From the IMG/VR virus record IMGVR_UViG_2541047945_000001: a stretch of DNA of 21,088 bases, one strand, 5' to 3'. The notes below the pieces were generated by a model. That model was not told the DNA's origin and ran no database searches. It saw nothing but the letters and a program-made list of their open reading frames with translations. Positions 7,838 through 19,434 of the stretch are shown one piece after another; positions within the stretch are counted from its first letter, which is position 1; the number at the start of each line of letters is the position of its first letter. The translations under genes and the position numbers were made by a program. The stretch is from a virus (Duplodnaviria; Heunggongvirae; Uroviricota; Caudoviricetes).

Positions 7838-8131
7838 TTATTGTGAGCAATACACACGCGCTTCCAGCGGAGTATAAATGCCTAAAGTAATAAAACCGAG
7901 AAATCCATTTACGAATGTTTGCTGGGTTTCTGTTTTAACAACATTTTCTGCGCCGCCACAAATTTTGGCTGCATCAACAGTTTTCTCCTGTCCAATTCCC
8001 GAAACGAAGAAATGATGGGTGATGGTTTCCTTTGGTGTTACTGCTGTCGGTTTGTTTCCAACAGTAAACGTCTGTTGAGCACATCCTGTAATAAGCATTG
8101 CCAGAGCGGCAGAAAACAACATTTTTTTCAT
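7838..8131 (-). CDS. bor: Bor outer-membrane lipoprotein (serum-resistance moron)
   Basis: MKKMLFSAALAMLITGCAQQTFTVGNKPTAVTPKETITHHFFVSGIGQEKTVDAAKICGGAENVVKTETQQTFVNG…ARVYCSQ (97 aa) matches lambda Bor; AGGA RBS before ATG 8131; ORF track 8179 is an upstream extension. Confidence 0.92.
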   Translation of the reverse strand: MKKMLFSAALAMLITGCAQQTFTVGNKPTAVTPKETITHHFFVSGIGQEKTVDAAKICGGAENVVKTETQQTFVNGFLGFITLGIYTPLEARVYCSQ

Positions 8132-8247
8132 CTTATTATCCTGCATTGTTAAAAACGGCAGAATCCTATGTGACAACAATTAAACGATAGTTAAATGGAT
8201 TGATGAAAATTAAAACTATATAGGTGGATGCTCAGCCTATTGGAGGA

Positions 8248-8256
8248 GGGGGGGGG
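8248..8256. repeat. Homopolymeric G9 tract in a non-coding region
   Basis: GGAGGAGGGGGGGGGCAC read directly. Confidence 0.9.
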
Positions 8257-8493
8257 CACTCAGAATCCTGTGGAATGAAATAAACCGCTCTATCTGTCCA
8301 TTACCCTTTTAGCTGCGCTGTATCGTCGCCGTATTCCCGCATTAACCATGACCGTAGCCCGACGGGGAATTCCTTCTGCGTGAGTGTGCGGGAATAATCA
8401 AAAACGATGCACACCGGGTTTTACTGTGCTGACAGACGCAGGGTTACCCTCATAGTCGCTTTTCCGGTGCGATGGTGGAAGAAACCGGGATGT

Positions 8494-8688
8494 TCATCCA
8501 TCATCACTTTGGATTGATGTATATGCTCTCTTTTCTGACGTTAGTCTCCGACGGCAGGCTTCAATGACCCAGGCTGAGAAATTCCCAGACCCTTTTTGCT
8601 CAAGAGCGATGTTAATTTGTTCAATCATTTGGTTAGGAAAGCGGATGTTGCGGGTTGTTGTTCTGCGGGTTCTGTTCTTCGTTGACAT
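8494..8688 (-). CDS. ylcI: Small YlcI-like protein (DUF3950 from memory), predicted ribbon-helix-helix DNA-binding fold; function unknown
   Basis: 64-aa minus-strand ORF MSTKNRTRRTTTRNIRFPNQMIEQINIALEQKGSGNFSAWVIEACRRRLTSEKRAY… with a strand / helix / G-x-S-G turn / helix pattern; sits where ylcI lies in DLP12. Confidence 0.55.
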   Translation of the reverse strand: MSTKNRTRRTTTRNIRFPNQMIEQINIALEQKGSGNFSAWVIEACRRRLTSEKRAYTSIQSDDG

Positions 8689-8839
8689 GAGGTTGCCCCG
8701 TATTCAGTGTCGCTGATTTGTATTGTCTGAAGTTGTTTTTACGTTAAGTTGATGCAGATCAATTAATATGATACCTGCGTCATAATTGATTATTTGACGT
8801 GGTTTGATGGCGTAGATGCACGTTGTGACATGCAGATGA

Positions 8840-9060
8840 TAATTATTATCATTTTGCGGGTCCTTTCCGGCGATCCGACAGGTTACGGGGCGGCGACCTC
8901 GCGGGTTTTCGCTATTTATGAAAATTTTCCGGTTTAAGGCGTTTCCGTTCTTCTTCGTCATAACTTAATGTTTTTATTTAAAATACCCTCTGAAAAGAAA
9001 GGAAACGACAGGTGCTGAAAGCGAGCTTTTTGGCCTCTGTCGTTTCCTTTCTCTGTTTTT
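8840..9060 (+). other. cos: cos site (cosQ-cosN-cosB): cosN 12-nt cohesive end GGGCGGCGACCT at 8888-8899; cosB with gpNu1 R elements and an AT-rich IHF-like region
   Basis: …GATCCGACAGGTTACG|GGGCGGCGACCTCGCGGGTTTTCGCTATTTATGAAAATTTTCCGG… is the lambda right-end/left-end junction; R3 CGTTTCCGTTC ~8941, inverted R2 GAAAGGAAACGACAG ~8997-9011 and R1 CTGTCGTTTCCTTTC ~9038-9052. Confidence 0.93.
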
Positions 9061-9076
9061 GTCCGTGGAATGAACA

Positions 9077-9596
9077 ATGGAAGTCAACAAAAAGCAGCTG
9101 GCTGACATTTTCGGTGCGAGTATCCGTACCATTCAGAACTGGCAGGAACAGGGAATGCCCGTTCTGCGAGGCGGTGGCAAGGGTAATGAGGTGCTTTATG
9201 ACTCTGCCGCCGTCATAAAATGGTATGCCGAAAGGGATGCTGAAATTGAGAACGAAAAGCTGCGCCGGGAAGTTGAAGAACTGCGGCAGGCCAGCGAGAC
9301 AGATCTCCAGCCAGGGACTATTGAGTACGAACGCCACCGACTTACGCGTGCACAGGCCGACGCACAGGAGCTGAAAAATGCCAGAGACTCCGCTGAAGTG
9401 GTGGAAACCGCATTCTGTACTTTCGTGCTGTCGCGGATCGCAGGTGAAATTGCCAGTATTCTCGACGGGATCCCCCTGTCGGTGCAGCGGCGTTTTCCGG
9501 AACTGGAAAACCGACATGTTGATTTCCTGAAACGGGATATCATCAAAGCCATGAACAAAGCAGCCGCGCTGGATGAACTGATACCGGGGTTGCTGA

Positions 9597-9622
<26 letters not shown>
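9077..9622 (+). CDS. Nu1: Terminase small subunit gpNu1
   Basis: 181-aa ORF MEVNKKQLADIFGASIRTIQNWQEQGMPVLRGGGKGNEVLYD… essentially identical to lambda Nu1. Confidence 0.97.
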
Positions 9623-13303
<3,681 letters not shown>

Positions 13304-13323
<20 letters not shown>

Positions 13324-14623
13324 TCTCCCGCATATTGCCAGTATGGCCTTTAATGAGCCGCTGATGCTTGAACCCGCCTATGCGCGGGTTTTCTTTTGTG
13401 CGCTTGCAGGCCAGCTTGGGATCAGCCGCCTGACGGATGCGGTATCCGGCGACAGCCTGACTGCCGGAGAGGCACCCGCGGCGCTGGCGTTATCCGTTGA
13501 TGATGACGGACCACGACAGGCCCGCAGTTATCAGGTCATGAACGGCATCGCCGTGCTGCCGGTGTCCGGCACGCTGGTCAGTCGGACGCGGGCGCTGCAG
13601 CCGTATTCGGGGATGACCGGTTACAACGGCATTATCGCCCGTTTGCAACAGGCTGCCAGCGACCCGATGGTGGACGGCATTCTGCTCGATATGGATACGC
13701 CAGGCGGGATGGTGGCAGGGGCATTTGACTGCGCTGACATCATCGCCCGTGTGCGTGACATAAAGCCGGTATGGGCGCTGGCCAACGACATGAACTGCAG
13801 TGCAGGTCAGCTGCTTGCCAGCGCCGCCTCCCGACGTCTGGTCACGCAGACCGCCCGGACAGGCTCCATCGGCGTCATGATGGCTCACAGTAATTACGGT
13901 GCTGCGCTGGAGAAACAGGGCGTGGAAATCACGCTGATTTACAGCGGCAGCCATAAGGTGGATGGCAACCCCTACAGCCATCTTCCGGATGACGTCCGGG
14001 AGACACTGCAGTCCCGGATGGATGCAACCCGCCGGATGTTTGCGCAGAAGGTGTCGGCATATACCGGCCTGTCCGTGCAGGCTGTGCTGGATACCGAGGC
14101 TGCAGTGTACAGCGGTCAGGAGGCCATTGATGCCGGACTGGCTGATGAACTTGTCAACAGCACCGATGCGATCACCGTTATGCGTGATGCACTGGATGCA
14201 CGTAAATCCCGTCTCTCAGGAGGGCGAATGACCAAAGAGACTCAATCAACAACTGTTTCAGCCACTGCTTCGCAGGCTGACGTTACTGACGTGGTGCCAG
14301 CGACGGAGGGCGAAAACGCCAGCGCGGCGCAGCCGGACGTGAACGCGCAGATCACCGCTGCGGTTGCGGCAGAAAACAGCCGCATTATGGGGATCCTCAA
14401 CTGTGAGGAGGCTCACGGACGCGAAGAACAGGCCCGCGTGCTGGCAGAAACCCCCGGTATGACCGTGGAAACGGCCCGCCGCATTCTGGCCGCAGCACCA
14501 CAGAGTGCACAGGCGCGCAGTGACACTGCGCTGGATCGTCTGATGCAGGGGGCACCGGCACCGCTGGCTGCAGGTAACCCGGCATCTGATGCCGTTAACG
14601 ATTTGCTGAACACACCAGTGTAA
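13304..14623 (+). CDS. C: Head protease / minor capsid protein gpC
   Basis: GTG start at 13304 after RBS GAGGAGGAGA; VTAELRNLPHIASMAFNEPLMLEPAYARVFF… 439 codons as in lambda gpC. ORF track 13169 is an upstream extension overlapping B. Confidence 0.93.
14228..14623 (+). CDS. Nu3: Scaffolding protein gpNu3, in-frame internal start within C
   Basis: Internal ATG at 14228 (MTKETQSTTVSATASQADVTDVVPATEGENASAAQPDV…), in frame with C and sharing its stop, as in lambda. Confidence 0.85.
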   Translation: MTKETQSTTVSATASQADVTDVVPATEGENASAAQPDVNAQITAAVAAENSRIMGILNCEEAHGREEQARVLAETPGMTVETARRILAAAPQSAQARSDTALDRLMQGAPAPLAAGNPASDAVNDLLNTPV

Positions 14624-14632
14624 GGGATGTTT

Positions 14633-14965
14633 ATGACGAGCAAAGAAACCTTTACCCATTACCAGCCGCTGGGCAACAGTGACCCGGCTCATACCGCAAC
14701 CGCGCCCGGCGGATTGAGTGCGAAAGCGCCTGCAATGACCCCGCTGATGCTGGACACCTCCACCCGTAAGCTGGTTGCGTGGGATGGCACCACCGACGGT
14801 GCTGCCGTTGGCATTCTTGCGGTTGCTGCTGACCAGACCAGCACCACACTGACGTTCTACAAGTCCGGCACGTTCCGTTATGAGGATGTGCTCTGGCCGG
14901 AGGCTGCCAGCGACGAGACGAAAAAACGGACCGCGTTTGCCGGAACGGCAATCAGCATCGTTTAA
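14633..14965 (+). CDS. D: Head decoration protein gpD
   Basis: [43 protein letters not shown]… (110 aa) matches lambda gpD; third ATG of ORF 14627. Confidence 0.95.
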   Translation: MTSKETFTHYQPLGNSDPAHTATAPGGLSAKAPAMTPLMLDTSTRKLVAWDGTTDGAAVGILAVAADQTSTTLTFYKSGTFRYEDVLWPEAASDETKKRTAFAGTAISIV

Positions 14966-14985
14966 CTTTACCCTTCATCACTAAA

Positions 14986-15006
14986 GGCCGCCTGTGCGGC
15001 TTTTTT
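14986..15006 (+). terminator. Terminator-like hairpin between D and E (likely an attenuator or mRNA-stability element within the late operon)
   Basis: GCCGC-CTGT-GCGGC stem followed by TTTTTT, 14 nt before the E start. Confidence 0.5.
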
Positions 15007-15019
15007 ACGGGATTTTTTT

Positions 15020-16045
15020 ATGTCGATGTACACAACCGCCCAGCTGCTGGCGGCAAATGAGCAGAAATTTAAGTTTGATCCGCTGTTTCTGCGTCTCTTT
15101 TTCCGTGAGAGCTATCCCTTCACTACGGAGAAAGTCTATCTCTCACAAATTCCGGGACTGGTAAACATGGCGCTGTACGTTTCGCCGATTGTTTCCGGTG
15201 AGGTTATCCGCTCCCGTGGCGGCTCCACCTCTGAATTTACGCCGGGATATGTCAAACCCAAGCATGAGGTGAATCCGCAGATGACCCTGCGTCGCCTGCC
15301 GGATGAAGATCCGCAGAATCTGGCGGACCCGGCTTACCGCCGCCGTCGCATCATCATGCAGAACATGCGTGACGAAGAGCTGGCCATTGCTCAGGTCGAA
15401 GAGATGCAGGCCGTTTCTGCCGTGCTCAAGGGCAAATACACCATGACCGGTGAAGCCTTCGATCCGGTTGAGGTGGATATGGGCCGCAGTGCGGCCAACA
15501 ACATCACGCAGTCCGGCGGCACGGAGTGGAGCAAGCGTGACAAGTCCACGTATGATCCGACCGACGATATCGAAGCCTACGCGCTGAACGCCAGCGGCGT
15601 GGTGAATATCATCGTGTTTGATCCGAAAGGCTGGGCGCTGTTCCGTTCCTTCAAAGCCGTCAGGGAGAAGCTGGATACCCGTCGCGGCTCTCATTCCGAA
15701 CTGGAGACAGCGGTAAAAGACCTGGGCAAAGCGGTGTCTTATAAGGGAATGTATGGAGATGTGGCCATCGTCGTGTATTCCGGACAGTACGTGGAAAACG
15801 GCGTCAAAAAGAACTTCCTGCCGGACAACACGATGGTGCTGGGTAACACTCATGCACGCGGTCTGCGCACCTATGGCTGTATTCAGGATGCGGATGCATT
15901 GAGTGAGGGTATTAATGCGTCTCCCCGTTATCCGAAAAACTGGAAGACATCCGGCGATCCGGCGCGAGAGTTCACCATGATTCAGTCAGCACCGCTGATG
16001 CTGCTGGCTGACCCTGATGAGTTCGTGTCCGTACAACTGGCGTAA
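15020..16045 (+). CDS. E: Major capsid protein gpE
   Basis: 341-aa ORF MSMYTTAQLLAANEQKFKFDPLFLRLFFRESYPFTTEKVYLSQIPG… collinear with lambda gpE. Confidence 0.97.
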   Translation: MSMYTTAQLLAANEQKFKFDPLFLRLFFRESYPFTTEKVYLSQIPGLVNMALYVSPIVSGEVIRSRGGSTSEFTPGYVKPKHEVNPQMTLRRLPDEDPQNLADPAYRRRRIIMQNMRDEELAIAQVEEMQAVSAVLKGKYTMTGEAFDPVEVDMGRSAANNITQSGGTEWSKRDKSTYDPTDDIEAYALNASGVVNIIVFDPKGWALFRSFKAVREKLDTRRGSHSELETAVKDLGKAVSYKGMYGDVAIVVYSGQYVENGVKKNFLPDNTMVLGNTHARGLRTYGCIQDADALSEGINASPRYPKNWKTSGDPAREFTMIQSAPLMLLADPDEFVSVQLA

Positions 16046-16086
16046 TCATGGCCCTTCGGGGCCATTGTTTCTCTGTGGAGGAGTCC

Positions 16087-16485
16087 ATGACGAAAGATGA
16101 ACTGATTGCCCGTCTCCGCTCGCTGGGTGAACAACTGAACCGTGATGTCAGCCTGACGGGGACGAAAGAAGAACTGGCGCTCCGTGTGGCAGAGCTGGAA
16201 GAGGAGCTTGATGACACGGATGAAACTGCCGGTCAGGACACCCCTCTCAGCCGGGAAAATGTGCTGACCGGACATGAAAATGAGGTGGGATCAGCGCAGC
16301 CGGATACCGTGATTCTGGATACGTCTGAACTGGTCATGGTCGTGGCACTGGTGAAGCTGCATACTGATGCACTTCACGCCACGCGGGATGAACCTGTGGC
16401 ATTTGTGCTGCCGGGAACGGCGTTTCGTGTCTCTGCCGGTGTGGCAGCCGAAATGACAGAGCGCGGCCTGGCCAGAATGCAATAA
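16087..16485 (+). CDS. FI: DNA-packaging protein gpFI
   Basis: MTKDELIARLRSLGEQLNRDVSLTGTKEELALRVAELEEELDDTDE… (132 aa) matches lambda gpFI; ORF track 16048 is an upstream extension. Confidence 0.93.
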   Translation: MTKDELIARLRSLGEQLNRDVSLTGTKEELALRVAELEEELDDTDETAGQDTPLSRENVLTGHENEVGSAQPDTVILDTSELVMVVALVKLHTDALHATRDEPVAFVLPGTAFRVSAGVAAEMTERGLARMQ

Positions 16486-16496
16486 CGGGAGGCGCT

Positions 16497-16850
16497 GTGG
16501 CTGATTTCGATAACCTGTTCGATGCTGCCATTGCCCGCGCCGATGAAACGATTCGCGGGTACATGGGAACGTCAGCCACCATGACATCCGGTGAGCAGTC
16601 AGGTGCGGTGATACGTGGTGTTTTTGATGACCCTGAAAATATCAGCTATGCCGGACAGGGCGTGCGCGTTGAAGGCTCCAGCCCGTCCCTGTTTGTCCGG
16701 ACTGATGAGGTGCGGCAGCTGCGGCGTGGAGACACGCTGACCATCGGTGAGGAAAATTTCTGGGTAGATCGGGTTTCGCCGGATGATGGTGGAAGCTGTC
16801 ATCTCTGGCTTGGGCGGGGCGTACCGCCTGCCGTTAACCGTCGCCGCTGA
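16497..16850 (+). CDS. FII: Head-tail connector protein gpFII
   Basis: 117-aa ORF MADFDNLFDAAIARADETIRGYMGTSATMTSGEQSGAVIRG… matches lambda gpFII; GTG start. Confidence 0.95.
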   Translation: MADFDNLFDAAIARADETIRGYMGTSATMTSGEQSGAVIRGVFDDPENISYAGQGVRVEGSSPSLFVRTDEVRQLRRGDTLTIGEENFWVDRVSPDDGGSCHLWLGRGVPPAVNRRR

Positions 16851-16861
16851 AAGGGGGATGT

Positions 16862-17440
16862 ATGGCCATAAAAGGTCTTGAGCAGGCCGTTGAAAACCTC
16901 AGCCGTATCAGCAGAACGGCGGTGCCCGGTGCCGCCGCAATGGCCATTAACCGCGTTGCTTCATCCGCGATATCGCAGTCGGCGTCACAGGTTGCCCGTG
17001 AGACAAAGGTACGCCGGAAACTGGTAAAGGAAAGGGCCAGGCTGAAAAGGGCCACGGTCAAAAATCCGCAGGCCAGAATCAGGGTTAACCGGGGGGATTT
17101 GCCCGTAATCAAGCTGGGTAACGCGCGGGTTGTCCTTTCCCGCCGCAGACGTCGTAAAAAGGGGCAGCGTTCATCCCTGAAAGGTGGCGGCAGCGTGCTT
17201 GTGGTGGGAAACCGTCGTATTCCCGGCGCGTTTATTCAGCAACTGAAAAATGGCCGGTGGCATGTCATGCAGCGTGTGGCCGGGAAAAACCGTTACCCCA
17301 TTGATGTGGTGAAAATCCCGATGGCGGTGCCGCTTACCACGGCGTTTAAACAGAATATTGAACGGATACGGCGTGAACGTCTTCCGAAAGAGCTGGGCTA
17401 TGCGCTGCAGCATCAACTGAGAATGGTAATAAAGCGATGA
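16862..17440 (+). CDS. Z: Tail completion protein gpZ
   Basis: 192-aa ORF MAIKGLEQAVENLSRISRTAVPGAAAMAINRVASSAISQSASQ… matches lambda gpZ. Confidence 0.95.
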   Translation: MAIKGLEQAVENLSRISRTAVPGAAAMAINRVASSAISQSASQVARETKVRRKLVKERARLKRATVKNPQARIRVNRGDLPVIKLGNARVVLSRRRRRKKGQRSSLKGGGSVLVVGNRRIPGAFIQQLKNGRWHVMQRVAGKNRYPIDVVKIPMAVPLTTAFKQNIERIRRERLPKELGYALQHQLRMVIKR

Positions 17441-17832
17441 AACATACTGAACTCCGTGCAGCCGTACTGGATGCACTGGAGAAGCATGACACCGGGGCGA
17501 CGCTTTTTGATGGTCGCCCCGCTGTTTTTGATGAGGCGGATTTTCCGGCAATTGCCGTTTATCTCACCGGCGCTGAATACACGGGCGAAGAGCTGGACAG
17601 TGATACCTGGCAGGCGGAGCTGCATATTGAAGTTTTCCTGCCTGCTCAGGTGCCGGATTCAGAGCTGGATTCGTGGATGGAGTCCCGGATTTATCCGGTG
17701 ATGAGCGATGTCCCGGCACTGTCAGATTTGATCACCAGTATGGTGGCCAGTGGCTATGACTACCGGCGCGACGATGATGCGGGCCTGTGGAGTTCAGCCG
17801 ATCTGACTTATGTCATTACCTATGAAATGTGA
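17437..17832 (+). CDS. U: Tail terminator protein gpU
   Basis: 131-aa [48 protein letters not shown]… matches lambda gpU. Confidence 0.95.
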   Translation: MKHTELRAAVLDALEKHDTGATLFDGRPAVFDEADFPAIAVYLTGAEYTGEELDSDTWQAELHIEVFLPAQVPDSELDSWMESRIYPVMSDVPALSDLITSMVASGYDYRRDDDAGLWSSADLTYVITYEM

Positions 17833-17839
17833 GGACGAT

Positions 17840-18580
17840 ATGCCTGTACCAAATCCAGTAATGCCGGTGAAAGGGGCCGGGACCACACTGTGGGTTTATA
17901 AGGGGAACGGTGACCCTTATGCGAACCCGCTTTCAGACGTTGACTGGTCGCGTCTGGCTAAAGTTAAAGACCTGACGCCCGGCGAACTGACCGCTGAGTC
18001 CTATGACGACAGCTATCTCGATGATGAAGATGCGGACTGGACTGCGACCGGGCAGGGGCAGAAATCTGCCGGAGATACCAGCTTCACGCTGGCGTGGATG
18101 CCCGGAGAGCAGGGGCAGCAGGCGCTGCTGGCGTGGTTTAATGAAGGGGATACCCGTGCCTATAAAATCCGCTTCCCGAACGGCACGGTCGATGTGTTCC
18201 GCGGCTGGGTCAGCAGTATCGGTAAGGCGGTGACGGCGAAGGAAGTGATCACCCGCACGGTGAAAGTCACCAACGTGGGACGTCCGTCGATGGCAGAAGA
18301 TCGCAGCACGGTAACAGCGGCAACCGGCATGACCGTGACGCCTGCCAGCACTTCGGTGGTGAAAGGGCAGAGCACCACGCTGACCGTGGCATTCCAGCCG
18401 GAAGGCGCAACCGACAAGAGCTTCCGTGCGGTGTCTGCGGATAAAACAAAAGCCACCGTGTCGGTCAGTGGTATGACCATCACCGTGAAAGGTGTTGCTG
18501 CAGGCAAGGTCAACATTCCGGTTGTATCCGGTAATGGTGAACTTGCTGTGGTTGCAGAAATCACCGTCACCGACAGTTAA
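17840..18580 (+). CDS. V: Major tail tube protein gpV (with C-terminal Ig-like domain)
   Basis: [57 protein letters not shown]… (246 aa) matches lambda gpV; ATG at 17840 within ORF 17810. Confidence 0.95.
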   Translation: MPVPNPVMPVKGAGTTLWVYKGNGDPYANPLSDVDWSRLAKVKDLTPGELTAESYDDSYLDDEDADWTATGQGQKSAGDTSFTLAWMPGEQGQQALLAWFNEGDTRAYKIRFPNGTVDVFRGWVSSIGKAVTAKEVITRTVKVTNVGRPSMAEDRSTVTAATGMTVTPASTSVVKGQSTTLTVAFQPEGATDKSFRAVSADKTKATVSVSGMTITVKGVAAGKVNIPVVSGNGELAVVAEITVTDS

Positions 18581-18595
18581 TCCGGAGAGTCAGCG

Positions 18596-19018
18596 ATGTT
18601 CCTGAAAACCGAATCATTTGAATATAACGGTGTGAGCGTCACGCTTTCTGAACTGTCAGCCCTGCAGCGAATTGAGCATCTCGCCCTGCTGAAACGACAG
18701 GCAGAACAGGCGGGATCCAGTCTCAATCGACAGGTGAGCGTGGAAGATCTCGTCAGAACCGGTGCTTTTCTGGTGGCGATGTCCCTGTGGCATAGCCATC
18801 CGCAGAAGACAAAGATGCCGTCCATGAATGAAGCCGTTAAACAAATTGAGCAGGAAGGGCTTACCACCTGGCCCACAGAGGCAATTGCTCAGGCTGAAAA
18901 TGTGGTAATGCGTCTGTCCGGTATGTCTGAGTTTGTTGTGAATGATGCACCTGAACAGGCAGATGACGCCGGGCCAGCAGAGCCTGTTTCTGCGGGAAAG
19001 TGTTCGACGGTGAGCTGA
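18596..19018 (+). CDS. G: Tail assembly chaperone gpG
   Basis: 140-aa ORF MFLKTESFEYNGVSVTLSELSALQRIEHLALLKRQAEQ…PVSAGKCSTVS matches lambda gpG. Confidence 0.95.
   Translation: MFLKTESFEYNGVSVTLSELSALQRIEHLALLKRQAEQAGSSLNRQVSVEDLVRTGAFLVAMSLWHSHPQKTKMPSMNEAVKQIEQEGLTTWPTEAIAQAENVVMRLSGMSEFVVNDAPEQADDAGPAEPVSAGKCSTVS
18994..19000 (+). other. Programmed -1 ribosomal frameshift slippery heptamer G GGA AAG near the 3' end of G (produces the gpG-T fusion)
   Basis: GGGAAAG in X XXY YYZ register relative to the G frame; the -1 frame continues as the T ORF (…GKVFDGELSFALK…). Confidence 0.85.
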
Positions 19019-19434
19019 GTTTTGCCCTGAAACTGGCGCGTGAGATGGGGCGACCCGACTGGCGCGCCATGCTTGCCGGGATGTCATCCACGGAGTATGC
19101 CGACTGGCACCGCTTTTACAGTACCCATTATTTTCATGATGTTCTGCTGGATATGCACTTTTCCGGGCTGACGTACACCGTACTCAGCCTGTTTTTCAGC
19201 GATCCGGATATGCATCCGCTGGATTTCAGTCTGCTGAACCGGCGCGAGGCTGATGAAGAGCCTGAAGATGATGTGCTGATGCAGAAAGCGGCAGGGCTTG
19301 CCGGAGGCGTCCGCTTTGGCCCGGACGGGAATGAAGTTATCCCCGCTTCCCCGGATGTGGCGGACATGACGGAGGATGACGTAATGCTGATGACAGTATC
19401 AGAAGGGATCGCAGGAGGAGTCAGGTATGGCTGA
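19000..19434 (+). CDS. T: gpT segment of the tail assembly chaperone, expressed only as a G-T fusion by -1 frameshifting (no independent start expected)
   Basis: ORF 19000..19434 (…FDGELSFALKLAREMGRPDWRAMLAGMSSTEYADWHRFYSTHYFHDV…) matches lambda gpT and lies in the -1 frame relative to G. Confidence 0.9.
   Translation: MFDGELSFALKLAREMGRPDWRAMLAGMSSTEYADWHRFYSTHYFHDVLLDMHFSGLTYTVLSLFFSDPDMHPLDFSLLNRREADEEPEDDVLMQKAAGLAGGVRFGPDGNEVIPASPDVADMTEDDVMLMTVSEGIAGGVRYG

Noticed and set aside
8704-8961. 85-aa minus-strand ORF
   Set aside because: It spans cosN/cosQ and the AT-rich cosB region, which are packaging signals; composition looks non-coding and there is no RBS.
8978-9558. Minus-strand ORFs 8978..9517 and 9196..9558 antisense to Nu1, and the + strand ORF 9012..9218
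   Set aside because: They overlap the near-certain Nu1 gene and cosB; antisense open frames are expected by chance in this composition.
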